The notes under the pieces: model-generated | What the model was told of the DNA's origin: nothing | The model's input: only the letters and a program-made list of their open reading frames with translations | Database searches by the model: none | NCBI RefSeq assembly: GCF_947568905.1 | Contig: NC_079165.1 | Location: 31,000,001-31,064,000 of the forward strand | Direction: 5' to 3' | From: Ostrea edulis | Taxonomy: Eukaryota | Length of the DNA stretch: 64,000 bases | Translations under genes and position numbers: made by a program | Part shown: in pieces, positions 13,290 through 24,841 of the stretch | How the letters are laid out: every line of letters starts with the position of its first letter | How positions within the stretch are numbered: position 1 is the stretch's first letter

Positions 13290-13974
13290 TCTCCTCACAA
13301 GTTAGATCAAATTTATTATGATCCACTTAAAATACACGAAAGACAGCCCATTGTTCAATATTTAAATGATTGTAAAATCACATCCTGCACTGAACGCTTG
13401 TCTTTGACAACATTTAACAACAAAATGGAGATATTTTATCAGTAGATAGTAACACTCAGTTACTGACATGACGCCAGGTGCGCATATACCTGTCAAAGTT
13501 GTAATGAAATCGAAACGCACATGCAGTATCCAAGGAAACCCATGTAAACAATCCCCTTGTCGTTTGTTTCTAAAAATAGTATAACTATGTCACATTACTA
13601 CCTATCAAAATTCCGAAGACACTGTCTTACGAGGTCCTTATCACGGATAAATCGATGATAATTACACTGTAAATACTTGATGGCTGACCATACATTAACA
13701 AGATATAAAACGCGTATTTCACAGAATCCACAAAAACTTTACACCTGAGAACCACCTGTAGATCGATCACCTGTATATCTTGGGATTCATATCGATTGAT
13801 GTATTGAAATTGTGTGCAACTACAAGTGGTAAACATGCACAAGAAATGATTCTGGATCTTCAAAGGAGTGCGTGTTGTACATTATAGGAAACGACTCTAC
13901 AATTATGTACAACCTTGAATAGTGGACGAAATGACCCCACTCATTTACAACGTACAAGAAAGAAAACTACTCAC

Positions 13975-14044
13975 TTTTGGTATCGGCATCCTTTTTCTCT
14001 TTCGCCGTGTCCAAATCTTCTACTTTTGATTTTCCCGAGCCCAT
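13975..14044 (-). CDS. Candidate alternative first exon (MGSGKSKVEDLDTAKEKKDADTK)
   Basis: ATG, open frame, strong phase-1 donor A|GTGAGT, charged composition like SLC44 N-termini. Confidence 0.5.
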
Positions 14045-15292
14045 CACGAAAACTTTTTGTACATCCAAACTACCATTCAACAAAACGTGCAAAAGGCACG
14101 GAGGCCTTTTAAAAAATTAATTAATCTGGGCTCTGCATCTGCATTTAAACGCGTCTTCTCTGTCTTCATAGCCCTGTTTAATGAAGCAAAACAAATTAAT
14201 ATGCGCGAATGACGTAGACGGCTATTGTTATGAAAAATTCATGTTAAAGGTTTATCCGTTCAGGTCTTTTACATGTATAGCAGCATAAAACACAATATGT
14301 AGGAAGAAGCGCTTGGTGTGAAACATTGATTTAAATCTTCTCTGATTGGTCTTACAGTATGAAGTATTGAGATATTCCCTCTATGCACTACTCAAAAATG
14401 TTTTTAAACAATCTAAATAATGCGTCCTATAATGTTATGTATAAATAGGTCTTTTAATGTAGCATTTTCCAGCAGAGTTTATCAGCCTTCTTTTGTCAGT
14501 ATGAAAAATCAGATTCGAATCAGAAAGTTATCATATTATAAACCATAGGATTGTGTGATTATTGGAGGGAACTTTATTTACTATGATATTGTCGTAAATT
14601 ACATTATAAGAAATCATCACATTGGCAAATTAATCAACAACAAACTTGAAAAAAGGGGGGTCCTTTTTTAAATTATCTATGCTGTTTGTGTAATCGAAGG
14701 GCAGATCACTCGTGTTACAACAATAAGTTCTATCCAAGCACTACCCTATGATATACTTTAAATTTGTGGAGATGAATAAATAAATGTCCCGTTTAATTGT
14801 CATACTATTCAGTATTATTTTCTTCTTCAGTAAAGCACTGGTATCTTTTGATCATCTTTATAATGAAAAAGTACGTCTGCTGGAACTTTTTAGTACGCAG
14901 TGTAAAAAGATTGTTTAAGGATATACATACTTGCGTAAGTACGTATATATTTGTCTAATTAAAGATATAATTCATTAAGAGTGTTGTTCATCATTAACCA
15001 CATGATATACTTCCGGTAGCACAAACCCCCTTGATGTTAAAGAAATACAGGAAGTCCAGTACAATATTCAGTTTTCCCCAACAGGAAGCAGGTACTACGG
15101 CTGGGTTCATATCTTAAATACAAAACATCATATTGAAGAAAAGCTTAACAACGGCGATAAAAGGTTTTAATATTTGAGGCTATTTGGTGTTTCCAAATTA
15201 TATTTATAACACCAACTAACATTTCTAAAACTCTTTAATACAACTTTTCATGTAAACGTATTTCAGAGTTTAAAGATATCTCTATTTGTTAA

Positions 15293-15368
<76 letters not shown>

Positions 15369-15385
15369 AGAGAGAGAGAGATCTA
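15293..15385. repeat. Compound (CT)n-(AT)n-(AG)n microsatellite
   Basis: Direct observation. Confidence 0.95.
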
Positions 15386-16160
15386 ACTTAGTGATATGTC
15401 TCCTTTTCTTAGAGTCTATATATCTTCTTGTCAAAGAAATAACATTTATTTCAAAATTATTTAGAAATGTCTTTTAATTAAGGCGATATTTCACAAATAG
15501 GGTTCAAACAGATATATTCTACATTCTGACACGAAGTGTTGAAATAAATTTTGATATATCTCCTATACATGTAGATGATTCTGGTTTGGTCGTATATTTC
15601 AGTTTACCTGAATGTGTTCACTGAATGCGAAATAAGATTCTGTGCATGCATAAACTTTTTCAACGTTTGCTTACAAGTTAGCCAAAGCGGCGCTTGTTTC
15701 CGCAAATTTATATTACGCGAACAATAAGGCATTACGATTCCGCAAATATATTACCTGGATTACAGGTAAATACAAAGTATTCTTACCTGGATTACATGTA
15801 ATAGCATAGCATTTCTAAGGCATATTTATCTTAAAATTCTGACAATATAGCACTGCATAAAACACCAGCATTCATTAGCAGTAGCACTATATGAAATGCT
15901 CTAAACTGTACACGTGTATATGTATAAATTTGGTGCCAGAACATTTTACATGTCTGCATGTTCGAGCACCAACTTTGTACCTGACAGTCCTTTTAAAAAA
16001 ATCAATTCGGAAAACTTCGTGTTTCATATATAGGTACTGGACCCAGCAAATAGAAACGAAGTGGTGTGCGATCTATTACTGGATGATCGGATGATGATAT
16101 TGTGTAACATGATTGTATGCCAACATGCTTGGTGAATCAATAAATAATTGAAATTTGCGT

Positions 16161-16357
16161 CATTTTATTAATAAAATTTCACCTTATCAAAATTGACAGA
16201 AAATAGTAAAAAAAAAAAAAAAAATGACTACATAGGAGACATATTTCAAGCCCTATAAAATCTGTAAAATTCAGGGGCATCAGGGCGGCCCCCAGACCCC
16301 CTGTCTCATAAAGTTGCGCCCCCCCCCCCCAATCGCAATTCCTGGATCCGCCCCTGG
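16161..16357. mobile_element. Partial copy of a GGATCCGCCCCTG-ended MITE; fuller copy at 52233-52680
   Basis: Shared internal sequence gactacataggagacatatttcaagccctataaaatctg. Confidence 0.75.
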
Positions 16358-17419
16358 ACCCTATCCACCACTGTGTACACATGTTACGGTAAATAGTGGA
16401 GGATATCCAATTATTATGGTATACATGTATGCACATTTTCTTTATACTTTTTACCTACATGCCTAAGAATCAATTTAAAATACCCGTCTGTGTTTATCAG
16501 ATACAATGTACTTTGAATTCCCTCTTCACATCATTTTTAACCCTTCTACAAATCGACCATTTACCCCGCCTTTGTCACATACTGGTAGGCTAGAATCAAG
16601 TGGGTGGGGTGTTCTATCTTACAGATTTAAAAAATGGTACAGTCTAAGTGGATTGTCTTCACAATCATATCTCTTTAGACTGATTTACAAGTGTCACAAT
16701 GATCTTGTATTTATGTATTCAGTCTAATGTTGTGCTTTCTGCAGCATGCAGTTCAATGGCTCCATGTTTGTTGTTGACACTGACAGGTCAGATACACACG
16801 GATTCTAATCACCAGTGCAGTCCGAGGCCTATATCTTAGTGAATTAAAAATGTGTTGTGATGAGATAATACTAGTCCGACACTAATTTACTTACCTTTAT
16901 TCTGTTAAATGGCATTGGTGTGATATCCACAAAATAAACAATCTTACGGATTGTGTGACCTCATTCGATGACATCATCATAATGTGTATCAGGCGCATTA
17001 ATTCAAATGTGAATTAGCCTACTTATTTATATTTGTGGTACTCACATGCCTATTTTATTCACTTCTTACAAGTATAGATACTAACAGTAATACAATGCAG
17101 ATAATTGCCCAGAACTTTAGTTCCTACTTTTTTAAAAAGTAAAGTAATCACTTTTTACGTCTATTAGGCTTATCTGGAGCTCCAAATCACAGGAGTCAGT
17201 AGTTTTATATGTAAATGCTTACATTGTAAACAGCAATCACCGAGCTTCCTGTGGCCAAATTAACATAAACTCAAATAATTAAAGATATCTCAAATTATTT
17301 GAAGATATCATCAATTCAATGCACTCATCAAATCAATATTGCTCTCGTTGGAAAAACAAGATATTTTAAAAATGGAAAAAGGAAATATGAATTCATATCT
17401 TGTGATCAGTCATTAAAAT

Positions 17420-17625
17420 ACTTTGTTAAACACCAATCTGATTCTACCCACAAGTACTCTCAAGTTGATCAATATTAAAAGGATGCTGGAGTTCCTCATT
17501 GGTAACCAATATCTTCGTATATATAGGCTTAGCTGTATTAAGGTCTTCCTACAGTCTGTTGGAATTCTTAAGGGCATGAATTGTACGCCTTTATTAGCTG
17601 ACCTGTTTTTTCCCCCTTCTATTTC
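17420..17625 (+). mobile_element. Penelope-like element RT fragment
   Basis: IKRMLEFLI..QSVGI..GMNCTPLLADLF; homologous to 54217-55078. Confidence 0.8.
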
Positions 17626-17699
17626 TTATATATTCATATTCTTATCGCATTTAAAAGCTTAGGTAATTTTTTAAATGACTGATCAAAAGATACGAACAT

Positions 17700-18540
17700 T
17701 TCCGTGTTTCACTGATGTTGCTGTGATTGTTTCTGCGGGACCGTGGCTTCACTGCCTTACTGTTCTATTTATAGACGTCCTTACTGTTCTATTTATAGAC
17801 GTCCTTGGTTATTTGTACATGTTCTCAACCGGTGAGCTCACCTGGTCCTAGGGTTTTCTGCTGTGATATACAAACTCATGGATGGAATGTCAACATTACT
17901 ACGGAGGATCTTCTACTTCATGGTTAGTCTGGCCTTGGATCTTTTGCTTAGCAGGGTCTGTTAACTTCCAAGGTGTTCATGTTCCAGAGGAGTAGTCATG
18001 TAATTGCCCATTGCTGCTCCATGTTAATGGAGCTGATAAAGAGACTGATGTGTGAGTCCCAGACCATCACTGTGTGTTCTAGGGATGACCTTCCTATGTA
18101 GCTGTATATGACATATGAAAGACGAAGATAACGAACAGGAGCCTGTAGAAGAAGGAGTCATCAGCAAAGAGTCGGATATCACACCTTGTGCATTCTGGCA
18201 TGTTGTTAATGAAGCTTAGAAATAAAAGTGGATGAAGGACTGTTCCTTGAGGGACACCATAGATTATGTCTGCTGTTGTTGATGCATTTACCTCTCTGAT
18301 GACCTGTTAATTCCGGCTTGATAGAAAACGCTCAGTTGATGGTGTGTCCTCTTTTTCCACAGTTTTTCCGTTTCTGCAGAAGTTTTCTGTCGGGCACTTT
18401 TTCGAATGCCATTGAAAACTCCAGAGGAACTATGTACAACTGTTTCCTGACTGACATGCTCCTAAGCTGGTCTAAGTTGCGTGGTAAGCCTGGATGAATG
18501 AAATGAGCTGTGTTTCACAGGACCTCTTGGAATCAGTAAA
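17700..18540 (-). mobile_element. Decayed CR1/L2-type LINE RT fragment
   Basis: RSCETQLISFI, GVPQGTVLHPLLFLSFINNMP, IRLFADDS. Confidence 0.85.
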
Positions 18541-18644
18541 AACATAATTGTATAACTTATAATTAGTTTCCTTTTAAAACTAAGTAGCATTTCTCTCTTT
18601 TTTTATTAGCATTTCTATTAGTTAATTATTAGCTGCTGAGAATA

Positions 18645-18647
<3 letters not shown>

Positions 18648-18706
<59 letters not shown>
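18648..18706. repeat. (GA)n microsatellite
   Basis: Direct observation. Confidence 0.97.
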
Positions 18707-18708
<2 letters not shown>

Positions 18709-19126
18709 CTCTTTTAGTCAGGTCATTCAGAGAGCTGTTGAAAAAACAATGCAATGCTATGTATAGCGCCCTAATCAATTTAAAATCTCCAATACGCTTC
18801 ACATAAAAAAACATACAATTATAAGTTTTTAAAAGGTCATGCATTAAAGTAGTATTATGTGCTGGTAAAATCATGATCTGTAAAAACCCAACAATTGTCA
18901 TTTTCAGTTAAACAATAAAAGCAATGTTAAAGAAACGAGTCTTGAGATGTATAAAAATCTCCAATGATTTGGCACGACGTAATCCAACTGGTAAAGCGTC
19001 CCATGGTGTAGACGCTTCAACTATTTACATAAATGTTATAGTTCTGAGTCTTGGGAACGTTCAGAGTATCCCGTTATCCGATCACAGGTTTCCCGGCGTA
19101 CAATACAGGGTAATGGTGTCACTTAA

Positions 19127-19482
19127 TTAAGTAAGCGGGTCCAATTCCCATTCTAAGTAAGCGGGTCCAATTCCCGTCCAATTCCCATTCTAAGTAAGCG
19201 GGTCCAATTCCCATTCTAAGTAAGCAGGTCCATTCCCATTCTAAGTAAGTGGATCCATTCCCATTCTAAGTAAGCGGGTCCATTCCCATTCTAAGTAAGC
19301 GGGTCCATTCCCATTCTAAGTAAGCGGGTCCATTCCTATTCTAAGTAAGCGGGTCCATTCTCATTCTAAGTAAGCGGGTCCATTCCCATTCTAAATAAGC
19401 AGGTCCATTCCCATTCTAAGTAAGCGGGTCCATTCCCATTCTAAGTAAGCGGGTCCATTCCCATTCTAAGTAAGCGGGTCCA
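19127..19482. repeat. 25-bp tandem array, about 14 copies (TAAGTAAGCGGGTCCATTCCCATTC)
   Basis: Direct observation. Confidence 0.95.
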
Positions 19483-19999
19483 ACAACGTTGCCTGGTTTG
19501 TAGGCGTGCACAACAACTTTATATTTTACACGGTACTGAACTTTTTAAATTGGTGCGCAGCACTTCAGCCCTATACTACAGATGCTCACTGCAGTAATTA
19601 TATCTATATTAAATATGCCTTGGCTTTAAAAGGGACAGCAGCTACCATATGTACTCATCTATTGAAGTGTACAACTAAGAATATCCTATTCTTTTCTATT
19701 TTTGGTTATATTGTGTACATAGTGGGTTTTTTCTTTCTTTGTATGTATTTGTAATTATATTGATGTAAATGTATTTTCTTTATAATCTCCTAAGGGAGGA
19801 AATAAAGTATGAATGAATTTAGTTAGTTTATGTAAACCAATTATTATCCAAACACACACAGATTTGTAGGAATTCATTGGTCATATGACACCAAAAACTA
19901 AAATTTCAAATAGTTTGTTGAGGAGTTGCCTGGAGTTCTTACATGAATTAATTATATGTCATCAAATATGGAAGAATTTAATTACATAATTGATTTCAT

Positions 20000-20750
20000 T
20001 ATGTCTCCTTTTCCCAGAAGGGGGGGGGGGGTATTGTTTTAGTGTGAATTCCTCCTCTTCCGCTTATCGCACAAAGTTTGTCCGGGCCATACCTTTTTTG
20101 TTTTTTGATCTAAGCCTTTGATATTGGTATGTGGGTGTACCATGATAAGACAGTGTGTGGCGTACCATTTTTGATTACCTTTGACCTTTTGTGTAAAGGT
20201 CAAATTATAGAAATTCAATATTTGGACATATTTTTTGGTCTAGATCATAACTTTGTGTTTTGATATAAGTCTTATGGTACGTGTATGTTGGTATAACATG
20301 ATAAGACAGTATGTGGCCTACCATTTTTATGATCTTTGACCTTGACCTATTATGTAAAGGTCAATTAGTAATAGATTTTTTTGGGCACATTTTTGTCCGG
20401 ATCACTTTTTTTGTCTTTTGACATAAGCCATTGACATTTAGTATGTTGGTATACCATAAGACAGTGTGTGTGTGCTATTTTTTATTATCTTTGACCTTGA
20501 TCTTTTATTTAAAAGTCAAATGATAGAATTGTTTGAGCATTTTTTTTGTCCGGACCATAACTTTTTTGTCTTTTGACATAAGCCTTTGATACTAGTATTT
20601 GGTATGCAAGTATACCATAAGACAGTGTGTCGCGTACCATTTTAATGACCTTTTATGTAAAGGTCAAGTAATAGAAATTTTTGGGCTTCTTTTGTCCGGA
20701 CCATACCTTTTTTGTCTTTTGATATAGGCGTTTGATGTTTTGTATGTTGG
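20000..20750 (-). mobile_element. Non-autonomous Helentron/HINE-like element with ~155-bp internal tandem units
   Basis: Units starting tgtccgg at about 20079, 20237, 20394, 20547, 20693; hairpin-like G/C end. Confidence 0.6.
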
Positions 20751-20850
20751 GAAGTTTAATTTACCATCATATGTTCACAACACTGTTCCTTGGTTGAATC
20801 ACATATACTTAAAATAAGTGACTGTTATGTACCGTAATAAAAGATGTTTT

Positions 20851-21115
20851 CGTGGAGATCCGGGTTAGAATAGGTCCTCAGTAACCCTTACTTGTCGTAA
20901 GAGGCGAGTAAATGGGGCGGTCCTTCGGATGAGACCGTAACAATCGATGTCCCGTGTCACAGCAGGTGTGGCATGATAAAGACCCCTTCCTTGCCCAAAG
21001 GCCATAAGCATCGAACATAAGCCTAAATTTTGCAGCCCTTCACCGGCAATGGTGACGTCTCTGTATGAGTGAAAGGTTTTCAAGCGGGACGTTAAACATT
21101 ATGCAACCAACCAAC
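20851..21115 (+). mobile_element. SINE-like element with Deu/Nin-like core (CGGATGAGAC..GTCCCGTGTC..ATAAAGA) and (ACCA)n tail
   Basis: Homologous copies at 59198-59714; domain naming is from memory. Confidence 0.75.
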
Positions 21116-21290
21116 GAAACATGGAGTCGAGTTACCAGGATGCTGAACCCCTGTTGCCATGTTACACGACACATACATTTTGGTTACTGATTTTGACTGA
21201 AATAGTCTTTCTCTGGGACATGACCTTCAACAAAAATCTCCATATGAGTGGAATATTCTTGAGAGGGACGTTGAACAATATACAACCAAC

Positions 21291-21878
21291 CAACAGTAGT
21301 GGTCACGAATAATTACAGTGGTGACCTTTAATAGTGGTCACGAATAATTACAGTGGTGACCTTTATTACAACAGTAGTGGTCACGAATAATTACAGTGGT
21401 GACCTTTATTACAACAGTAGTGGTCACGAATAATTACAGTGGTGACCTTTATTACAACAGTAGTGGTCACGAATAATTACTGTGGTAACCTTTATTAGTG
21501 GTCACGAATAATTACAGTGGCGACCTTTATTAGTGGTCACGAATAATTACAGTGGTGACCTTTATTACAACAGTAGTGGTCACGAATAATTACAGTGGTG
21601 ACCTTTATTAGTGGTCACGAATAATTACAGTGATTACCTTTATTACAACAGTAGTGGTCACAAATAATTACAGTGGTGACCTTTATTAGTGGTCACGGAT
21701 GATTACAGTGGTGACCTTTATTAGTGGTCACGAATAATTACAGTGGTGACCTTTATTACAACAGTAGTGGTCACGAATAATTACAGTGGTGACCTTTATT
21801 AGTGGTCACGAATAATTACAGTGGTGACCTTTATTAGTGGTCACGAATAATTACAGTGGTGACCTTTATAACAATAGT
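21291..21878. repeat. 35/43-bp tandem array (AGTGGTCACGAATAATTACAGTGGTGACCTTTATT[ACAACAGT])
   Basis: Direct observation, about 15 units. Confidence 0.95.
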
Positions 21879-22212
21879 GTATACACCATGTTTTGAAATT
21901 CAAGATTGTATAAAACTTTACCCGGATTTGTTATTTGACAATAAAATCTGTCTATTCTTTCTCCAAAGACCTGCAGGCTACTTAGAATTTGGCATTGACA
22001 AAATTCTCATGCAACCAATATTAATATTCACTGACAAAGCATGTCTTTAAATTCATCCATATTTGATGACACGCTTCTTAAAATCAACTGCCGAAAGAGC
22101 CTATTTATCAACTGATACATGTAATTTGATATATCAATGAAACATCTGCATTGACAGAATTCGAAAAGCTCAAAATGTTTAGAATAGTTCAAGTTCGATA
22201 ATCTTTATTTTT

Positions 22213-22432
22213 TTTGCATCTCATGCAGATTTGCTATAGAAATTGTTTAAATGATGCAATGATTTTTTTTTGCCAATTTATATTTCAATTTTACATCCTG
22301 TTGAAAGTTTTTAAAATGCTCTGCATCTCATGCAGATTTGCCATAGAAATTGTTTAAATGATGCATTGATTTTTTTGTTGTTGCCCATTTATATTTGAAT
22401 TTTACATCCTGTTGAAAGTTTTTAAAATGCTC
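22213..22432. repeat. Tandem duplication of about 110 bp
   Basis: tgcatctcatgcagatttg...aaaatgctc present twice. Confidence 0.85.
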
Positions 22433-23471
22433 TCTCTCTCAGTGCATGCTCGATCTTTACAAACAGCATGCAAGAAATATCGGGTCATTGATCGACTGTT
22501 ATACCCCATTTGCTTTGTATCTCCTGCAAAACAAAGTTTGGAGAGTACTAGTGTATAAGAATCACTACAGTATTTGGTTTTTTTTTGTTCGCGCTACTAA
22601 TTGTGTTTGGGTAAAAAGAGACGGAAATAATATTGCTCATATGCTAAGATTGCTTATGATCTTAGGGTATGTAATATCCATTGCACAAAGTCTTTGCTAG
22701 GGTTAAAGACATTGGGTGCAAAGGTAGAAAATTCATGTCCAGTTCAGGCCATAAATTTATAATAAATGACAAGTGTACAGTATATGACCCGAGGGTGTGT
22801 CATTATCCTGGGTTAAGGTATTCCATGTATAATGAAAGGATAATGAACAGTTTTGAAGGATTTAGATCAACATAAATGTTTATTGTTAAATAATGATGAA
22901 AGTGAAGCAGATGAAATTCACATGACTGGTAAATGATTAGAAGCTGACCTTTTTGCACTTAAGACTTTTTGGAAGAGTTGTCTGCCCTTTGTAAAATCAA
23001 GAAAAATCTAATTTTCTAAAAATGTGTGTGGTCAATGATTAATTTTATTTCATATTTTCACTAAGAGAAAGTGTTTGTAACTTTCTACCAAGAGATTTGT
23101 GTGAAAATATAATTTCTTTTTAAAATATTGTAATAAAACATGCTTTTCCCATATACTTCAATGTTAAATCCTAGGTGAAATAAATCAAGCAGTAAACAAA
23201 ATTTTGAAAATTCCTACGGTGGATTATTTTTATTTGATGAACCCTTCAAAATGATACCATGATTACAAAAATTCCACCATCCATTTATTAGATATGAAAT
23301 ATGGTCATTACACATTGAATACCTTAAGGTCATCTAGATAAAGTTAAAGTCATGTGGAAAGATCAAAATCGATTGTATCAACTTGATAAAACTAAGGAGT
23401 TCAAACAAACATAGAGGTTGCATATAACCGCTGGGTTCAAAGGTAAAATTCACTGCGAAATTGCTATACTT

Positions 23472-23784
23472 GCAGGGCCGTAAATTAACCTTCAATTTGG
23501 AGGAGGCAGGAAATTAGGCGGCCCCCAGACCCCCAGACGCTGAGCACATTTTGTGCACACTGAACACGTTTCGTGCAAAATCCTTGATTCTAGGGCCTTC
23601 TAAGATGTTACTTGACTAACTCATTCTAAAAGAAAGATTTGGAATGCTTTTTAAGGGAGGTATCATGTTCTTAGTTATTGGAAACAACATGAATTCTAAT
23701 GAACTTTAAATTTTAATTTTTTTTTGGCTCAAAAGTTGGAGGAGGCAGCTGCCTCCTCCGCCTCCATGTAATTTACGGCCCTGC
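23472..23784. mobile_element. MITE with GCAGGGCCGTAAATTA TIRs
   Basis: Perfect 16-bp TIR, flanked by actt on both sides. Confidence 0.85.
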
Positions 23785-23979
23785 ACTTGTCAAGGACATG
23801 TAATTAGTATTTGTAGTAGAGAAACCTTACATACTCAAATGATAGTAAAGAAATAGCATAACAAGAACTATATTTTGTCCTAAATTTCAACAAGAAACGA
23901 TATACAATACTCCCACCACAAGCTTATGTCGGGTGTTTTTTCTTAAGCCACAAGCTGCGGAACTTTACTGAAGCGTTGG

Positions 23980-24118
23980 CACAATAAAGAACCCTCACTG
24001 CCACGGCCCTGAGCGCTAAACATAGATCTAAAATTGTGGAACTTCACCTACAGCTGGTGACCTCTCAATAGGATTGAAAACTTCTCGACGGGACAAAAAA
24101 CAATTAATCAATCAATCT
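23980..24118 (+). mobile_element. 3' fragment of a tRNA-type SINE with (TCAA)n tail
   Basis: Matches the 3' part of the copies at 55280 and 57079. Confidence 0.65.
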
Positions 24119-24315
24119 GAACAGACTGATGTACAGACATCCCTGTACCATAATTGATGGGTACCCGGCATATAAAAAAATCAATATGAAAAAAAGTCAA
24201 TATGAGAATACTCATTTCAAAACCATCTGATCTTCCCAATTAATGTATACTCATCATCTAAGGAAGGTAGATCAAAAGTAAAGGTAAGTGTAACCCCAAG
24301 TGGGGATGATTATTC

Positions 24316-24348
<33 letters not shown>

Positions 24349-24543
24349 CTATAATAGCCGATTCCAAAAGTGGCCAAGGTCACAAGGGCAAATATCTTGG
24401 TATCGGTAGAAAGATCTTGTCACAAGAAATTCTCATGTGAAATATCAAAGCTCTAATATTTAACATTTAGAAGTTATGAACATTGTCAATTTAAAAAACA
24501 AAAAGTAGGTCAAATGCAAAGGTCAAAAGCTTTAGTACCCATG

Positions 24544-24595
<52 letters not shown>

Positions 24596-24694
24596 TGCTG
24601 TTCAAAAGTTATTAAGCAAGGTTAAAGTTTTCAAAAAGTAGGTTAAACTCCAAGGTCACAGGGTAAAAAATGTTAGACCCATGGAAAGACCTTG

Positions 24695-24733
<39 letters not shown>

Positions 24734-24771
24734 TTTACTGTTCAAAAGTTATTAGCAATGTTAAAGTTTCA

Positions 24772-24802
<31 letters not shown>

Positions 24803-24841
24803 CCCCCCCCCCCCCAATCTTCGATCTCGGGGGCATAAAAA
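24316..24841 (+). mobile_element. Non-autonomous Helentron/HINE-like element
   Basis: AACAAGATGTG start, about three tandem core units with catgtgaaatatcaaagctcta, GACA microsatellite, 3' C-run/GGGGGCATAAAA hairpin. Confidence 0.8.

Noticed and set aside
15745-15795. TTACCTGG resembling the U1 snRNA 5' end
   Set aside because: No U1 body follows; these are merely donor-like sites on the minus strand.
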